A DNA stretch of 64,000 bases from Eledone cirrhosa (Eukaryota). The notes beneath the pieces were generated by a model that was not told the DNA's origin, ran no database searches, and saw only the letters and a list, made by a program, of their open reading frames with translations. Location of the stretch: the NCBI GenBank assembly GCA_964016885.1, contig OZ024740.1, positions 61,194,001 through 61,258,000 of the forward strand. Reading direction: 5' to 3'. Shown here one piece after another: positions 26,495 through 39,594 of the stretch. Each line of letters begins with the position of its first letter. Positions within the stretch are counted from its first letter, which is position 1. The position numbers were made by a program, and so were the translations under genes.

Positions 26495-28420
26495 TTTTTG
26501 TTTTTGAATTTGTTTTGCGAGATTTCTTATCTGAAAACGTGTGTTAAAACAGAGTTTAGAGGGTTTGCCAATAAAAACACACGCACCTGTTGATTTTCAC
26601 TTCAATTTATTATGAATTTCTGGTTGGTTGATTGGTTCGATAACCGGAAGGTTGTTTATATATTGTCAAAGCTCTTTCGTCACATTCTGTCACCTCCTCA
26701 GTGACTAAGTTTTTATTTTGTGTCTCTCCTTTGTTCTGTCCTACACCATCTTGTTTTTGTGTGTATTGTGTGTTGTGTGCTTAGTTTGTGCCTGTGTTAC
26801 ATCCGGATGTGTGTGTGTGTGTGTGTGTGTGTTTATTTATTTGTCACTAGTTGGTTGTTTGTTCTATCTGTGTGTGTCTGATTGTTTTTGTTAGTTTGGT
26901 TTTTGTGTGTGTCTGTATGTCTTCAATTTGTCTTTAATTACTAGTTGTTATGTTGCTATTCCACTCATGTTTTCCTTTTAAATTTGGTTGGAGTTCGTTT
27001 ATATTTGTTGCCTCTGTGATTTGTCTGAGCATTGCATCTTTTTTGTGTGTGGATATCATTTTTATCTCTAATCTCTATGTTCTCTAATGTATCCCTATGT
27101 TCTATGTTGGCATGTTGGTAGAGTACTGATGAGTTTTTCCCATCCTGGAGTTCTCGCCAGTGTTCACTTATCCTTTCTCTTATGTTACGGGCTGTTTTAC
27201 CTATGTATGTTATATTTTATTCCTACACTGTCCCTCAGTACATCTTATGCTATATATTACGTTCCTACCTTTGCAGTTAATTTGTGGGCTCAGCTTGCAG
27301 ACAATGCATTTACTATCAGCACAGGGTTTCTTTGAAATGGATATGTTTTGCTAATTAGGGTTTTATGGGAATACCTGGTCTTTCAACTATCTTAATATTT
27401 AATTTGAGCTTGTCTAGGGCCCTTCTAAATCTATAAGCTAGTTCGCCTCTACGGGTTGCATTGACGAACATTACACTCTGGTATTTATTTCTATCATACC
27501 ATGAATTTATTTTATTTGCCTTATTCCTAATTTTTTTCTATTCTGTTCCAAAATGTTCTCCTATACATGGGGCAAGTTCTATTTGCATCATTTTCTACAA
27601 TCTTTGCACATTTGGTTCTAGCTCCTTTATATACTCTGATCTTGTCTCTCTGATTGTAGCCAGAGAACTGCATGTGGTGGATGAAGTGATGTATGTGTCT
27701 CTCTATTTAGGGTTGCACATGCGGGACACGTTCCTCATCACTCTTACCAAGTCCGCAATCAGTATGTTGATTTTTATGTGGTCCGAAACAGCTGAGTTTC
27801 GGTGGATCAGATATTTGGAGGTTAGGGGTTTGGCATAATGCAAATGGAGGAATTACGTTCTATTACTAATAGTTTCCAGCCAGAGTTCTGTGTCTAGTAC
27901 AATGGTTGGGGTGTTTATTTGGGTTGTCTATAGTAACTTTAATACTCTGGTGGATGGAGTTAGCTATTTGCTGGATACTTTTCATGCTGTTCTTCTCTAA
28001 TTCCTGACTGTTCTCCTGTGGGGGTGTTTTTACTACGATATTTATGTCATCTACGTAGCGGGAGTACATAGTCAGGGTTATAAGATTGTCGTCTAATTCT
28101 TCCTTAAGTTTTCTGTCCCACCATACCATAAAGAGGTTAGCTATGTCATCTGCAATACTAACGCCAATGGCTGCTCCCTCCTCTTGGGCATATGGTTTGC
28201 CATTAAATTTGAACATATGTTCCTTAAGGGTTAGTTTTATACTGGCCCCCACCGCATGTGTGATCATTGTCTTTAATTCATCATGGTTTTCGGGGGCCCG
28301 TATGGCTCTATGGCTCTGGTCCACCGCTTCATCTTTCTGTGTGGGTTTTCTTGGCCATTGAGGTAATGGTGGGTGGTCTGCCTCTTTCTGGCCTTGTGGA
28401 GCAGAGGCTGCTGAGGTTAT
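26495..28420 (-). mobile_element. Penelope-like element, 5'-truncated and degenerate (Naiad/Poseidon-like RT + GIY-YIG + pLTR)
   Basis: RT motifs YAQEEGAAIG...ANLFMVWWD...RYVDD (ORF 27866-28324). CIVC..NC..NVIYSIRC..YIGKTARNIRERISEH at ~27130-27330. HHR in the 3' pLTR. Confidence 0.85.
26665..26705 (-). ncRNA. Hammerhead ribozyme in PLE pLTR (family H)
   Basis: Minus strand reads GTCA CTGAGGA G GTGACAGAATGTGAC GAAA GAGC TT TGAC; stem II is imperfect. Confidence 0.6.
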
Positions 28421-28569
28421 GTGTTTATAAATGTATTTATAAATGTATAAATGTATTTATAAATGGAGAGATTGTATGCTTTCCAACAGACAAGTCTGGA
28501 AGTATATCAGTTGACAGCCTACCAAACTACATCCAGGCATGCAACCCCATATCATCAACACAAGAGAGG

Positions 28570-28810
28570 TAACACCACAAGGTTGACAAAACAAGAATAT
28601 ACTTCTTGGCAATATTCCCATGATTTCTTGGATACCTGCCGCAGTGTGAATATTTGGTCGACTGAGCTGCGCCCAGGGTAAAAACCACACTGTTCATCAG
28701 CTAGCTTGGACTCGACAATCTCCTTGCATCTCTTTACCAGACACTTAGGATAGACTTTACCAGGAGGCTTAACAAGGAGATCTCTCTATAATTGGAACAA
28801 TCTCTCTTGT
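28570..28810 (-). mobile_element. Degenerate RTE-type RT fragment
   Basis: Minus strand yields NYR.ISLLS.PGKVY and EQCGF-like RT motifs. Confidence 0.55.
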
Positions 28811-29089
28811 CTCTTTTTCAATTGTTCATATTCAATGTAGTTTCTCTTTGTATCTTAGTTTCACTCTTACTTTACTTTCACTTTCACATTCTACACAGTG
28901 TACTAAATACAATTTATCATGTGGCCCACTAACACTAGAGGTTGGCATGTTCTTAACAAATGAAGAGTCCTCTCATCTCTTTTTTAGGCATAGTTGTTAT
29001 TGCTGGATGCCCTTTCTATAAACAACCACATTACAAGGTATACAGAGACTTGTCCTCTCAAGGAAGCCTGCACAGTGCACGCTACATGT

Positions 29090-29700
29090 GAATGGAGTCC
29101 CACTGAAGCTGGTAGAGAAGTTCAAGTGCCTCGGGGTCGTGTTCATGTGTGATCAAAGGTAGGAGGCTAAGAATTGCAAAAGCTGGTGCAGTAATGCGCC
29201 AGCTTCAGCATTCAGTAATCAGAAGAAAGGAGGTAGGCGTAAATGCCAACTTGCTGTCTTCAATTCAGTTTTCATGCCAACCCTTACCTATGGTCATGAA
29301 TCTTGGGTAATGACCGAAAGAATACAATCACGAATACAAACGGCCGAAATGGGGTGCCTCTGGAGGGTCTTTGGAGTATTGTTACTCGATAGAGTGCGTA
29401 GCCGCTACTTCTTCGAATTGAGAGATCACATCTCTGATACTATGGGAATGTGGTTAGAATGTCTCAGGAGAGAATCGCTGGACAGATTTTACCGGCGAAA
29501 CCAACTGGCAGGAGACCCAGGGGAAGACCACGAGCAAGATGGGTGGATAATATCCATGAGTTTGGCTGGTATCACTTTGGGATCCACCGGATCAGTTGGA
29601 GATGGTTGCTTCTGACAGGACCCGCGGGAGGGAGTGTTTGGAGTCTCTGCCCCCCCCCCCCCCCCAACCTCTCAGGAGTAAGTGGGCGAAGAAAAGAAGT
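29090..29700 (+). mobile_element. Degenerate RTE LINE C-terminal fragment
   Basis: PTLTYGHESW..TAEM and GRRPRGRPRARW motifs. Confidence 0.85.
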
Positions 29701-31377
29701 GACTATGTAATGGTACGTTTGCATGTGGTTGTTCTCACTGTTGTAGAAGAGTGAATGATGATGATGAAGTTTATTGGTTGTAGATAATTGCGATTGGTAA
29801 CCAATGTGTGCATCCGTTGGAAAGCGAATGTGTTTTATCCACGGGGAAAGTGATTTCCCCCGATCACATTGCTAGGTCTATCGAAGAAGAATAACAATGA
29901 CCGCTACTTTTATATGAGATTTATTGTGAAGTATTTCACGACAGAAACACATGAACTAACATTTTATTATAGCCAAAAGATACGAACAACAAACAACGAG
30001 GAAAGAATTTGTGTTGCGCGAGGAATGTATGTGAGATATGTTTGAGTAGGATGAATGCATGTGCGCAGTGATATAAGTTAACTTGCTTCATAGAAGTGGT
30101 TGGCTGCTATTTCTAATGGCCCTGCCCACAGGCAGGATAGAGAGATGTTGCCTGTGACTTACATGGCTCGCGGACTTGATTCAACATTGTTGATGTGTTG
30201 AAATGCAGATGGAAGAATGTAACTGGGCCCCTGCCGAGCGGGCTGAAGTGTTTTGATAAGACCAATATTTTGCTAGTTCCTTGAGCAGGTCGATCTGATG
30301 CGAGGGACCAAAGTAGACTGCTAAAAGCGAACGTTATTCTCTCTTCACCTAAAACTGACCTGGGATCGTCAACTCAGATAACAGAAAATGACAGCTATGT
30401 GCCATCCAAGGGTCAGCGTGTGAATAGCTGCATCTATCACAGTAGTCTCTGTAGACTGTGTCTTGATGCGGAGGTATTTGGAACTGGACTGGCTATTGCA
30501 GTAGTCGCTGTAGAATGAAATGACCGTATGTAGGTAGAACCCCTACCCTCAAAAGACAGATAGATGGAGAGGTATTCTGACAGACAGGACACACATATGT
30601 AGGGATATAGAGATATAGAGATATAGAGATATAGAGATATATAGCGAGTGGAAAAGTGTAAATGATAGAGAAAAACAGATAGAGAGAGGTAACATACAAA
30701 CATATACAAACATACACAGAAAAAGAAATACACGCATACATTCTCATTTATAGTATAGGAGATATAGAAAGGGGGTGAGAGAGTGCGGTAAAGATATATA
30801 CAGAGGGGAAAAGCGTAAAATACAGAAAGAGACAGATAGATATATATAGAAAAAGTACAACCGCCACCACCACCACTGCTACCACTAACATAAACACTAA
30901 CACAAACACTAACATAAACACTGACACAAACGCTAACACATATTCTAGTATTCTTCAAATCTACTTTAAATCTATATATTACTTTCCATCCCTGTAATTT
31001 ACACACTTTAATAAGAATCTTTATAAAATTGCAACAAAAAATATGAATTATTATGAAAGTTATGAAGAAAATAAATGATGTTACTATATTGGAAAACTCA
31101 GGTAAATATCACGGCCAAAGGGACGTAAATAAGAAAATTTCGACACTGCTTGTTCACTTCTAAATGGTTAACAACAATGCTAGAAACGGTAGCGGAACAT
31201 TGAAATTTATATTTAAAAAAATGCTAAACACAACAGCCAAATCCCTTCAAATCACGCATCTTATTATATTTTAAAATGATACAAAGAGAACCCAAATCTC
31301 CCTTTTGTTTACTTTAATGTTGAGCCAAGTAAAAGCATTTCAATATATCTGCAAGCAAACGTTATATATATATATAT

Positions 31378-33113
31378 GCACGCCATCTCACAGTCTGTGG
31401 CCTACTCCAGTGCCACGGAACACCCGCCAATCGCCTTAGGGTCGAACAACGAACTATCTTCATCTTACAGACCCACACTCCCCCCGGCCTGAACTCCCCA
31501 CCCTTATTCCTTTAGCCTTCGACCTCCCCCCTCCCCCCACACTTATCCCCCACTAACACCACTAACACACCCCTCCTTTTCACCGCCCACCCCACAACTA
31601 ACAATACTAACACCTCCACTCCACCCCTCATCTGACCACCCTTCCCCAACTAAAATACTAACATCCCTCCCTTCTTCTCCTCCTCCCCCCTCCTTATCAC
31701 ACGCACACACCCACTGGCACATATATACACGCGCTCACACTAAACACACACCCTACTACCACCACTAACCCTCACCCCCACACCTCTCACCCCACACCTC
31801 CATCCCACCACCCCGCAACTAACCTCACTAACACCCCCTAACCCCAAGCACACGAACACACGCACCCACTTACACCACCCACCCCACACGCAACTAACAT
31901 CACTAACACCCCCAACCCCACGCACACGTACCCACACACCCTCGTACACCACCAACTCTACACACCCTACCACCACTAACCCCCACTCACACCTGCATTC
32001 AACCCCTCCCCACCTCCCATATACTAACACCCACTAACACCTCTTCATCAAACTACACACACACCAGTACACCACACTCCCTCCATAGAACCACACACAC
32101 CCTTCTCTCCCCGCTCCACCCACACCCTCGCTCCACACTCACTCATCCCACTAACACCTCTACTAATACACACACACACACACCCTCCTCACTCCAACTT
32201 TCACACCTACCCATCCTCGCCCCTTTACCATTCCACCGACTGCTGCTATGCCCTCTGACCACCTCCCGGTACAAACAGACACACAGCACTCCCACTGCTT
32301 GACCACTTCCTGTTGCGCGCGCACCCCACATCTCCCCTCTTCCGACCATCGCTTCATGGAATACTCGCACGCAGAAATTGACCACCACAGAATTCACTAA
32401 ACACCTTTGGATTTTACCAACTTTTCAACCATCCTCTTACGTAATCACCTATATAACTCACCCACACACACACCCCAAAAAAATTTTTTTCTCCACACGC
32501 CACCTACACCCACAACACGCTTAAACCCCACACACACGTGCTTTCCACCACATATTTACACCCTCAGCCTCCTGATTCCTCTCCCTCCCCCTCCATCCAC
32601 ACACGCCGACCCCCCCCCCCCACACCTCTTCCTGAACATGCAACCCCGTTCTTCCCTCAACCCTTACTTTCACATACACACACACACACACACACGTACA
32701 CCTACACACACACACCACCCTCCCCGCTCGGACACCCGTCTCCCTCTCCCCACTCCACCCGCCACCACCTCTACACACCCCACACCCTTCCATCACCTGT
32801 TTTACCTCCCTTTTAATTTCAGTTTATTTTGATCATGCTTTTATATTTAAATTTATTTCATTCCTTGTATTTTGATCATGCTTTATTTTTATTTTTATTT
32901 TTATTTTTTTCATTCGCACCGTTTCCTTTCGCTATATGTCTCTCCACCACTCCCCTACACACCCTTTGAACTCTGTTCCCACACACTTCTCACCTGAGGA
33001 AGGGCTTATGCCCGAAACGTCGTCCCCCACCAACACCCCACTCTCCAGAGCGTGAAATTAATAAACATTCGTTGTACTGCCTCTCTGTTTTGTCCCTGTT
33101 CAAATTTTTCCAT
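31378..33113 (+). mobile_element. Neptune-like PLE 3' remnant: GIY-YIG C-terminus, long C/A-rich UTR and pLTR
   Basis: 31381-31497 translates to RHLTVCGLLQC..RLRVEQRTIFILQTHTPPGLN. HHR at 32992-33023. Bounded by (TA)n. Confidence 0.75.
32992..33023 (+). ncRNA. Minimal hammerhead ribozyme (family I)
   Basis: AC CTGAGGA A GGGC ttat GCCC GAAA CG TC GT. Confidence 0.75.
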
Positions 33114-33122
33114 TATATATAA

Positions 33123-33222
<100 letters not shown>

Positions 33223-33299
33223 CGAAGGAAATGTGGCAAGGAACCAGGTGGACCATAACGCACCAAAGTACTCAATACTTAGGGTAGTAGAGTGGGTAA

Positions 33300-33401
33300 T
33301 AGGAACGAGTAGGACCCCGACGGCTGAGCTCAAGCCGTTTCGTCCAGAATTAGCCGTCGAAACGGCTTGAGCTCAGCCGTCGGGGTCCTACTCGTTCCTA
33401 T
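33300..33401. repeat. Palindrome of the 3' half of a family C HHR element
   Basis: TAGGAACGAGTAGGACCCCGACGGCTGAGCTCAAGCCGTTTCG followed by its near reverse complement; contains GAAA CGGCT..AGCCG TC. Confidence 0.75.
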
Positions 33402-33882
33402 ATATATAGGAAAGGTACAACCACCACCACCGCTACCACTTACATAAATACTAACACATATTCTAGTTTCTTCAAATCTACTTTAGATCAATATATTACT
33501 TTGTAGCCCTGTAATTTACACACTTTAATATTTATCTCTATAAAATTGCAATAAAAAATATGAATTATTATGAAAGTTATGAAGAAAATAAATGATGTTA
33601 GGTAAATATCACGGTCAAAGGGAGGTAAATAAGAAAATTTCGACACTGCTTGCTGACATCTAAATGTTTAACAACGATAACAATGCTAGAAACAGCAGCC
33701 GAACATTGAAATTTATATAAAAGAAATGGTAAACACAACACCCAAATCTCCCTTTTGTTTATTTTAATGTTGAACTAAGTAAAAATATTTCATTATATCT
33801 TCAAGAAAACGTTATATATATATATATATAATTTAGTATATCTACTAACATATATATATATATATAATTTAGTATATCTACT

Positions 33883-33968
<86 letters not shown>

Positions 33969-33969
<1 letters not shown>

Positions 33970-34143
33970 TTTGGGAGCCCCTACATGGACACACTAGAAG
34001 AGGAAGACCAAGGTTAACATATGTTGATGCCCTAAGGACAGACACTGGTCTGTTGGAGATGCAGGATATGGCAGCGATAATGAGGGACAGAGACCGCTGG
34101 AGAGAACTCGTCCATGGATCTCGGGAATTTTACCCGCCTTAGA
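33969..34143 (+). mobile_element. Inverted copy of the 3' end of the adjacent LINE
   Basis: Reverse complement of ~34486-34660. Confidence 0.9.
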
Positions 34144-34146
34144 TAG

Positions 34147-34178
<32 letters not shown>

Positions 34179-34447
34179 GAGTTATAAACTCAAATAGTCT
34201 TTTACAATTAATTAGCTCAAAGAAAGGAATATTTCTGAGCCATGTAATACAAATGAATATATGATAGGGATAAACACTGATATTGGGTTTTGCCAATATA
34301 GTTTTGTTTTTATTGATTTATTATTTTAAATCGAAACAGGCAAACTGTATTATTTTAATTAGTATTTTTCAATCTAGCTAATTTGGTCATTTGCAATACG
34401 AACACATGTATACTCGTATCAGTGTTTATCCCTATCATATATTCATT

Positions 34448-34486
<39 letters not shown>

Positions 34487-37400
34487 CTAAGGCGGGTAAA
34501 ATTCCCGAGATCCATGGACGAGTTCTCTCCAGCGGTCTCTGTCCCTCATTATCGCTGCCATGTCCTGCGTCTCCAATAGACCAGTGTCTGTCCTTAGGGC
34601 ATCAACATACGTTAACCTTGGTCTTCCTCTTCTCGTGTGTCCATGTAGGGGCTCCCAAAGGAGCACTGAGTGCAATGTCAACTCTGGATGTCGGTGAGCA
34701 TGTCCAGCTAACCTCAGTCTCCTCTGCGTCACTTTTGAGCTGACTTTTGGGATGCTCCCATACAGCTCTGAGTTTTTCATCCTCGGTGTATACTGATTAA
34801 TGTTCAGAGCCATCCTCAGCATTCTCGTGTAGCACCCATCCACCATCTGAGTGAGTTTCTTGGTCAGTGTCCAAGTCTCAGACCCATACAGCAGCACAGA
34901 CTCCACTACAGCAATGAAGAGGCGGATTTTCAGGTCTCTACGAAGGTCCGACTTCCACACCGATCTCAAGCTGTGGCACGCCGCCCAGGCCTTGCTCTTC
35001 CTCTCAACCACATCATCTTCCGTATTCCCAATCTTTGCTCCCAAATACAGGAAGCCCTCAACCAATTCTAGCGGCTTCCCGCTTACATTAGTGATCCCCT
35101 CTGGCTTCTCAACATTCTCTACCAGATATTTTGTTTTAGTCTCATTCATTCTCAGCCCCACACTCATCGACACAGTCTCAACCTCCCGCATCAAATCCTC
35201 TGCCTCCTTCACTGTATTTGTCACCAAAACTATGTCGTCGGCAAATTCAGCATCCGATACCTTTTTCGCCCTAACTCTCCTGCTCTGAGCCGGTGCCACA
35301 GTAAAGCCAGAGTCCTGGTGTTTCTCCAGTGCAAGGCGCATACAATAGTCCACTACGACGATAAAAAGGTAGGGAGCCAATGTATCTCCCTGGAGCACTC
35401 CAGCCAGTATCTCAAAGAACTCTGTCATCCCATCAGGTGTAATGACTTGGGCTTTGGTGTTGGTGTAGAGCAGTGATATCAGGTCCACTATCTTCTTGGG
35501 GATTCCATAAGCCTGTAAGATCTTCATCAGGCAGTAACGGTCCACAGAATCAAAGGCCTTCCTAAAGTCAATGAAAACCATGACCGCAGGAAGGCACTTT
35601 GCTCTAGCTCCCTCTAATATCCTCCCCAGCATCAGGATGTGACTGGTGGTTGATCTACCCCCTCTGAAGCCGTTCTGGTTGTCCCTGAGCTTCTTCTCCA
35701 TCTCAGGCTGGATCCTGTTAAGAATCATCCTGTTGAGGGTCTTTGCCACAAGTGACGTCAGTGAGATCCCCCTGTAGTTGTTGGTGTTAGAGAGATCTCC
35801 CTTCTTTGGCACTGGGACGATGTTACTGATCCTCCACTGATTCGGGGCAACTCCTCTCTCCAGTGCCCCGTTACAGAACCCCAGGATGATATCAAAATCA
35901 CACTTCTTCGTCACCTCTGATGCCACTCCATCTTCTCCATGAGCCTTGCCCTCCTTGATCCTCTTCTTGGCTCTCTGAAGCTCCTCTCTGGTGAAGTGCT
36001 CTGTCTCAACATCCAGTTCCTCAAACAGCCGCCTGATCTCCCCAGTGCTCTGGGCTGTGGAGGGTGGCTCTCCTAGTAGGGTCCTAAAATGGTCTAGCCA
36101 TTTCCTCTTCCTATCCTCGGGTCCCGTTCCCTGGATCTAACTCGAACACCTTCTCTTCCTCCCTGTGATCTCGTTGATGATCATCCAGCTCTCCTTACAT
36201 CCAGATCTGTCAACCGCTCTCTCCACACTTCTGATCTTCTCTATCAGAGCCTCCTCTCTGACTTCAGTGTGAGCGGTACAGAGTCCTTCCCTCATCACCT
36301 CCACAGTCTCCATCCTCTCCTCCGTAGGATCAGCATAGAATTGGTCCTTGGCAGCTTTCAGGTGTTCTCTGGCTGCACACACTTTTGGGTTTGCAGAGCT
36401 GACGTGCTTCCCTTTGTTCTTTTTCCTCGGCACCAGGGTTTCACTTGCTTCTGCCACTGCATTGGTGAAGTGCCCGTACCTCCTCGTCACACTCTCCTCA
36501 GTCCATCCAATCTCTCTCTCCTCTGACTCTTCACACAGAGCACTAAACCTGTTTCTCACTTCCACTGTGAACCTCTCCTGTAGCTTATCATCTTCCTTGA
36601 AAGCTCCCCAGTCATAGATTGCTCTCCGGGGTCGAGCCTTGCTCTTTCTTAAGCTCACCCGGACTTCACTCATAACAAGCCGGTGGTCAATACCCAGTGT
36701 ACTGAAATAGTTGTATGGTTCTGTGTTCAGAACACTATTCCGCCACTTTTTTCTCACCAGAATGAAATCAATCTGGGACTTGGACAGGTGCATATCCGAG
36801 ATGTAGGTCCACATCTTCCCCGGATTCTTCCTAAACCTTAGGTTGGTCGCCATCAAGTTCGCCTCCAGCAGGGTGTCTCTCAGTAGTCTTCCATTTCGGT
36901 TGGTGTTGTTATGGAAATACCAACAAGGATCTTCACTGCCCTCCTTACTCAGATGTGCATTGAAGTCCCCCAAAACAAGCAGGATATTGTGTGCCTGAGT
37001 GGTGTTGACAGCTCTACACACCTCCTCATGGAACTCTTCCGCACTCACATCACTGTCCCCCTCGGTTGGACTATAGGCTGAGATGACTGTCAGTCTTGGG
37101 TTTCCATTGAAGGTCACCCTCAACACTCGCGAGGAGATAGGCATTATTTCCCTCACCAACAGATTGGTTCCTGCACTGAACACAAAACCCACTCCTCCTA
37201 CTGCAGCATTTGTTGTGTTCTTCACTGCCGATGTAGTGATGAGCTGGCTCCTCTTCCCAATCATCACACTCCTCACGGTTCATCGTGTAGGATCCTGTGT
37301 TCTTGGATCGCAAGTATCTGCATACCACTCTCCTCGAACAGATGTCCCAACTTCTCTCTCTTCTCCAGCGTCCGAATAGTCCTCACATTCAAAGTGCCCA

Positions 37401-37578
37401 TTTTGATGGCTCTTCTGCAGGACAAAACTGCATTCTTTATATTTGTCTCAGAGACAGCTGATCCATCATCCACTGGCCCTCTCTGTGGCTCTAAGCCAGC
37501 AGAGTCATAACGACCAGGCTGCTCCTTGACAGTGTAATTAGGGGCTCTAACCCTAGTGCTGTTAGATCGACTCTCCAT
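34487..37578 (-). pseudogene. EN-RT polyprotein with one frameshift (~37275) and one in-frame TAG (36137-36139)
   Basis: ORFs 36137-37276 and 34487-35926 are in the same frame, and the 210 nt between them read open (IQGTGPEDRKRKWLDHF...). Confidence 0.9.
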
Positions 37579-37786
37579 ATTTCTTTTCAATGGCTGACAA
37601 TACGTTACCGGCGCCACTCGAATAAGGTAGTTATTTAACCCATAAGTGGAGCCCTAACAGGTACTACCACCCCGGGCCAGGGCAGACCTGGGAGTCATGA
37701 CAACTAAGGGGTAACTCCACATTCCCCACAACTCCTGAACTCCCAAACTGGAGTCTTGTCACTGGATGTAGTTTAATGTCATACCC
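34487..37786 (-). mobile_element. Near full-length RTE-type non-LTR retrotransposon (APE endonuclease + RT)
   Basis: EN motifs GTLNVRT, IQEHR, SAYSPT, GDFNAH, QIDFIL, IDH. RT motifs NYRGISL, QNGFR, FIDFRKAFD, GVLQGDTLAP, FADD, YGSETW, GRPR. Starts and ends at microsatellites. Confidence 0.95.
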
Positions 37787-37817
<31 letters not shown>

Positions 37818-38013
37818 AAGGAAACGACAAAACGTACAAAAAGTCTTATTAGTTTCACACTATATATGAAAAGGAGGAAAGAAAGTTCGACATTGTATGT
37901 GTGTGTGTTTATTTCTTCACGAGCAAATGTCGTCTGTTTTCATTCAATATTGTTAACCTTGGTGGCGGCTTAATTTATTGATCTCTTCAAAGAAAAGTTA
38001 AACTCTATGTTAC

Positions 38014-38087
<74 letters not shown>

Positions 38088-38094
38088 ATACAGT

Positions 38095-39105
38095 TTTGTA
38101 AAATACGTGCATCATACAGTCTGCCTTTCATTTCGAGGGGAAAACCTTTTGTAGTCAGTAACGGTAGTAGCTCCCTGAACTTTCTCCAACCCGATCTCAA
38201 TCTGGTTACTGTGCTTTCAGAACACCCTCCTAAACTACAAATTTGGTCACCCAGGTAACAGAAACTATCTACTACTTCTACCTAGCCCTCAGAGCGTTTG
38301 AATGTGATTGTATCCTGAGTGTTCTTGCTACTTACTGTGCACTGGTCTGCCTGAGATAGCACTACATCTTTTGTGTATCAACTGCTTGCATTTGGGACAT
38401 AGAATGGAATTTCTACCTACTCCTTTTCTGTACACTAAGCAGGGCCATTTTCCCGAGAGGATCTGGGCCCTGTTTTCCCTTCTATTTACTAGGACTTTAG
38501 TCGTTGCCAGGTTGCCTTTAAGACCTTTAAATTCTAGGCCTTGATTCTAGGTTTGGAATTTCCTCTCTAGTTCAGCTATAGATTCGGTTTAAGGGTTACG
38601 TCATCAGCATACAGAAGTTATTGCCTGCAGAACTATAATAAACAGGAGAGGGCTAAGAACAGAGCCCTGATAGACACCAAACTGCATTCTAAATTCTTCG
38701 CTATAGTCATTGTTAATTCTGACCTTGCTGGCTGTTCTATACATTGTTTGAATTGCCCTCACAAGCCATTTGTTAACTCCTACTTTTCTAAGAGCCCACC
38801 AGATAATGGAATGGGGACTCTGTCAAAAGTTTCCTCCAGGTCCACAAAAGCCAAGTAAAGGGGCTTGCTATTAGCTAGGTACTTCTCCTGCAGTTGTCAG
38901 ACGAGGAAGAGGGCATCTATGGTACTTCAACCCGGGACAAATCCAAACTGCATCTCATCTATGGTAACTCATTCTCTAATTAGCTGAGTTATGATTCTTT
39001 CAGAGACCTTCATAACCTGGTCAACCAACATAATACCTGTATAGTTTTCTCTATTTAGAGCATCTTCTTTGCCCTTGTGGCAGTTTACGATGCTGCTGCT
39101 ACACA
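38095..39105 (-). mobile_element. Degenerate RTE LINE RT fragment related to 41455-42806
   Basis: GWRKFRELLPLL, KWPC, QGSVLSPLLF and EMQFGF motifs with stops and frameshifts. Confidence 0.88.
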
Positions 39106-39261
39106 TTGGGTGTGACACCATTTTGTATGACTTGGTTTACAATGCGAGAGACTATGGTTTACTAATTTCTAATTTTTGCTGGACCGGCAACTGCTCTGCT
39201 TAATTAGCTCTTAACCAACACTGGAATTCTATAAGAATCCAGCTTCGATAAGTCTCGGGAT

Positions 39262-39310
39262 AAGCAATCTTGATAACCGTTAACAAACTAGAAACAGCTG
39301 TCGGTTGCTT
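39262..39310 (+). ncRNA. Hammerhead ribozyme, U3-A8 variant (diverged family B)
   Basis: AAGCAATC TTGATAA CCGTT aaca AACTA GAAA CAGCTG TC GGTTGCTT. The downstream sequence resembles 1690-1770. Confidence 0.7.
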
Positions 39311-39448
39311 CCCTTTGCTTTTGCCGAGATAAAGTAAGTGACATAGTCACTACTTTAAAACTCATAGCGAATGGTCTTCAAAATGTTTTTAAATAAACAT
39401 ACAGTATATAATCAAATATACTATACATACATTCATAGAGCACTGATA

Positions 39449-39545
<97 letters not shown>

Positions 39546-39594
39546 ATATATATACACATATAATATATATTTATACATATATATATATATATAT

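Noticed and set aside
27130-27340. Selenocysteine (in-frame TGA) in the PLE GIY-YIG region, as reported for some Naiad elements
   Set aside because: The Cys positions I could read are TGT/TGC, and the copy is too decayed to interpret other stops.
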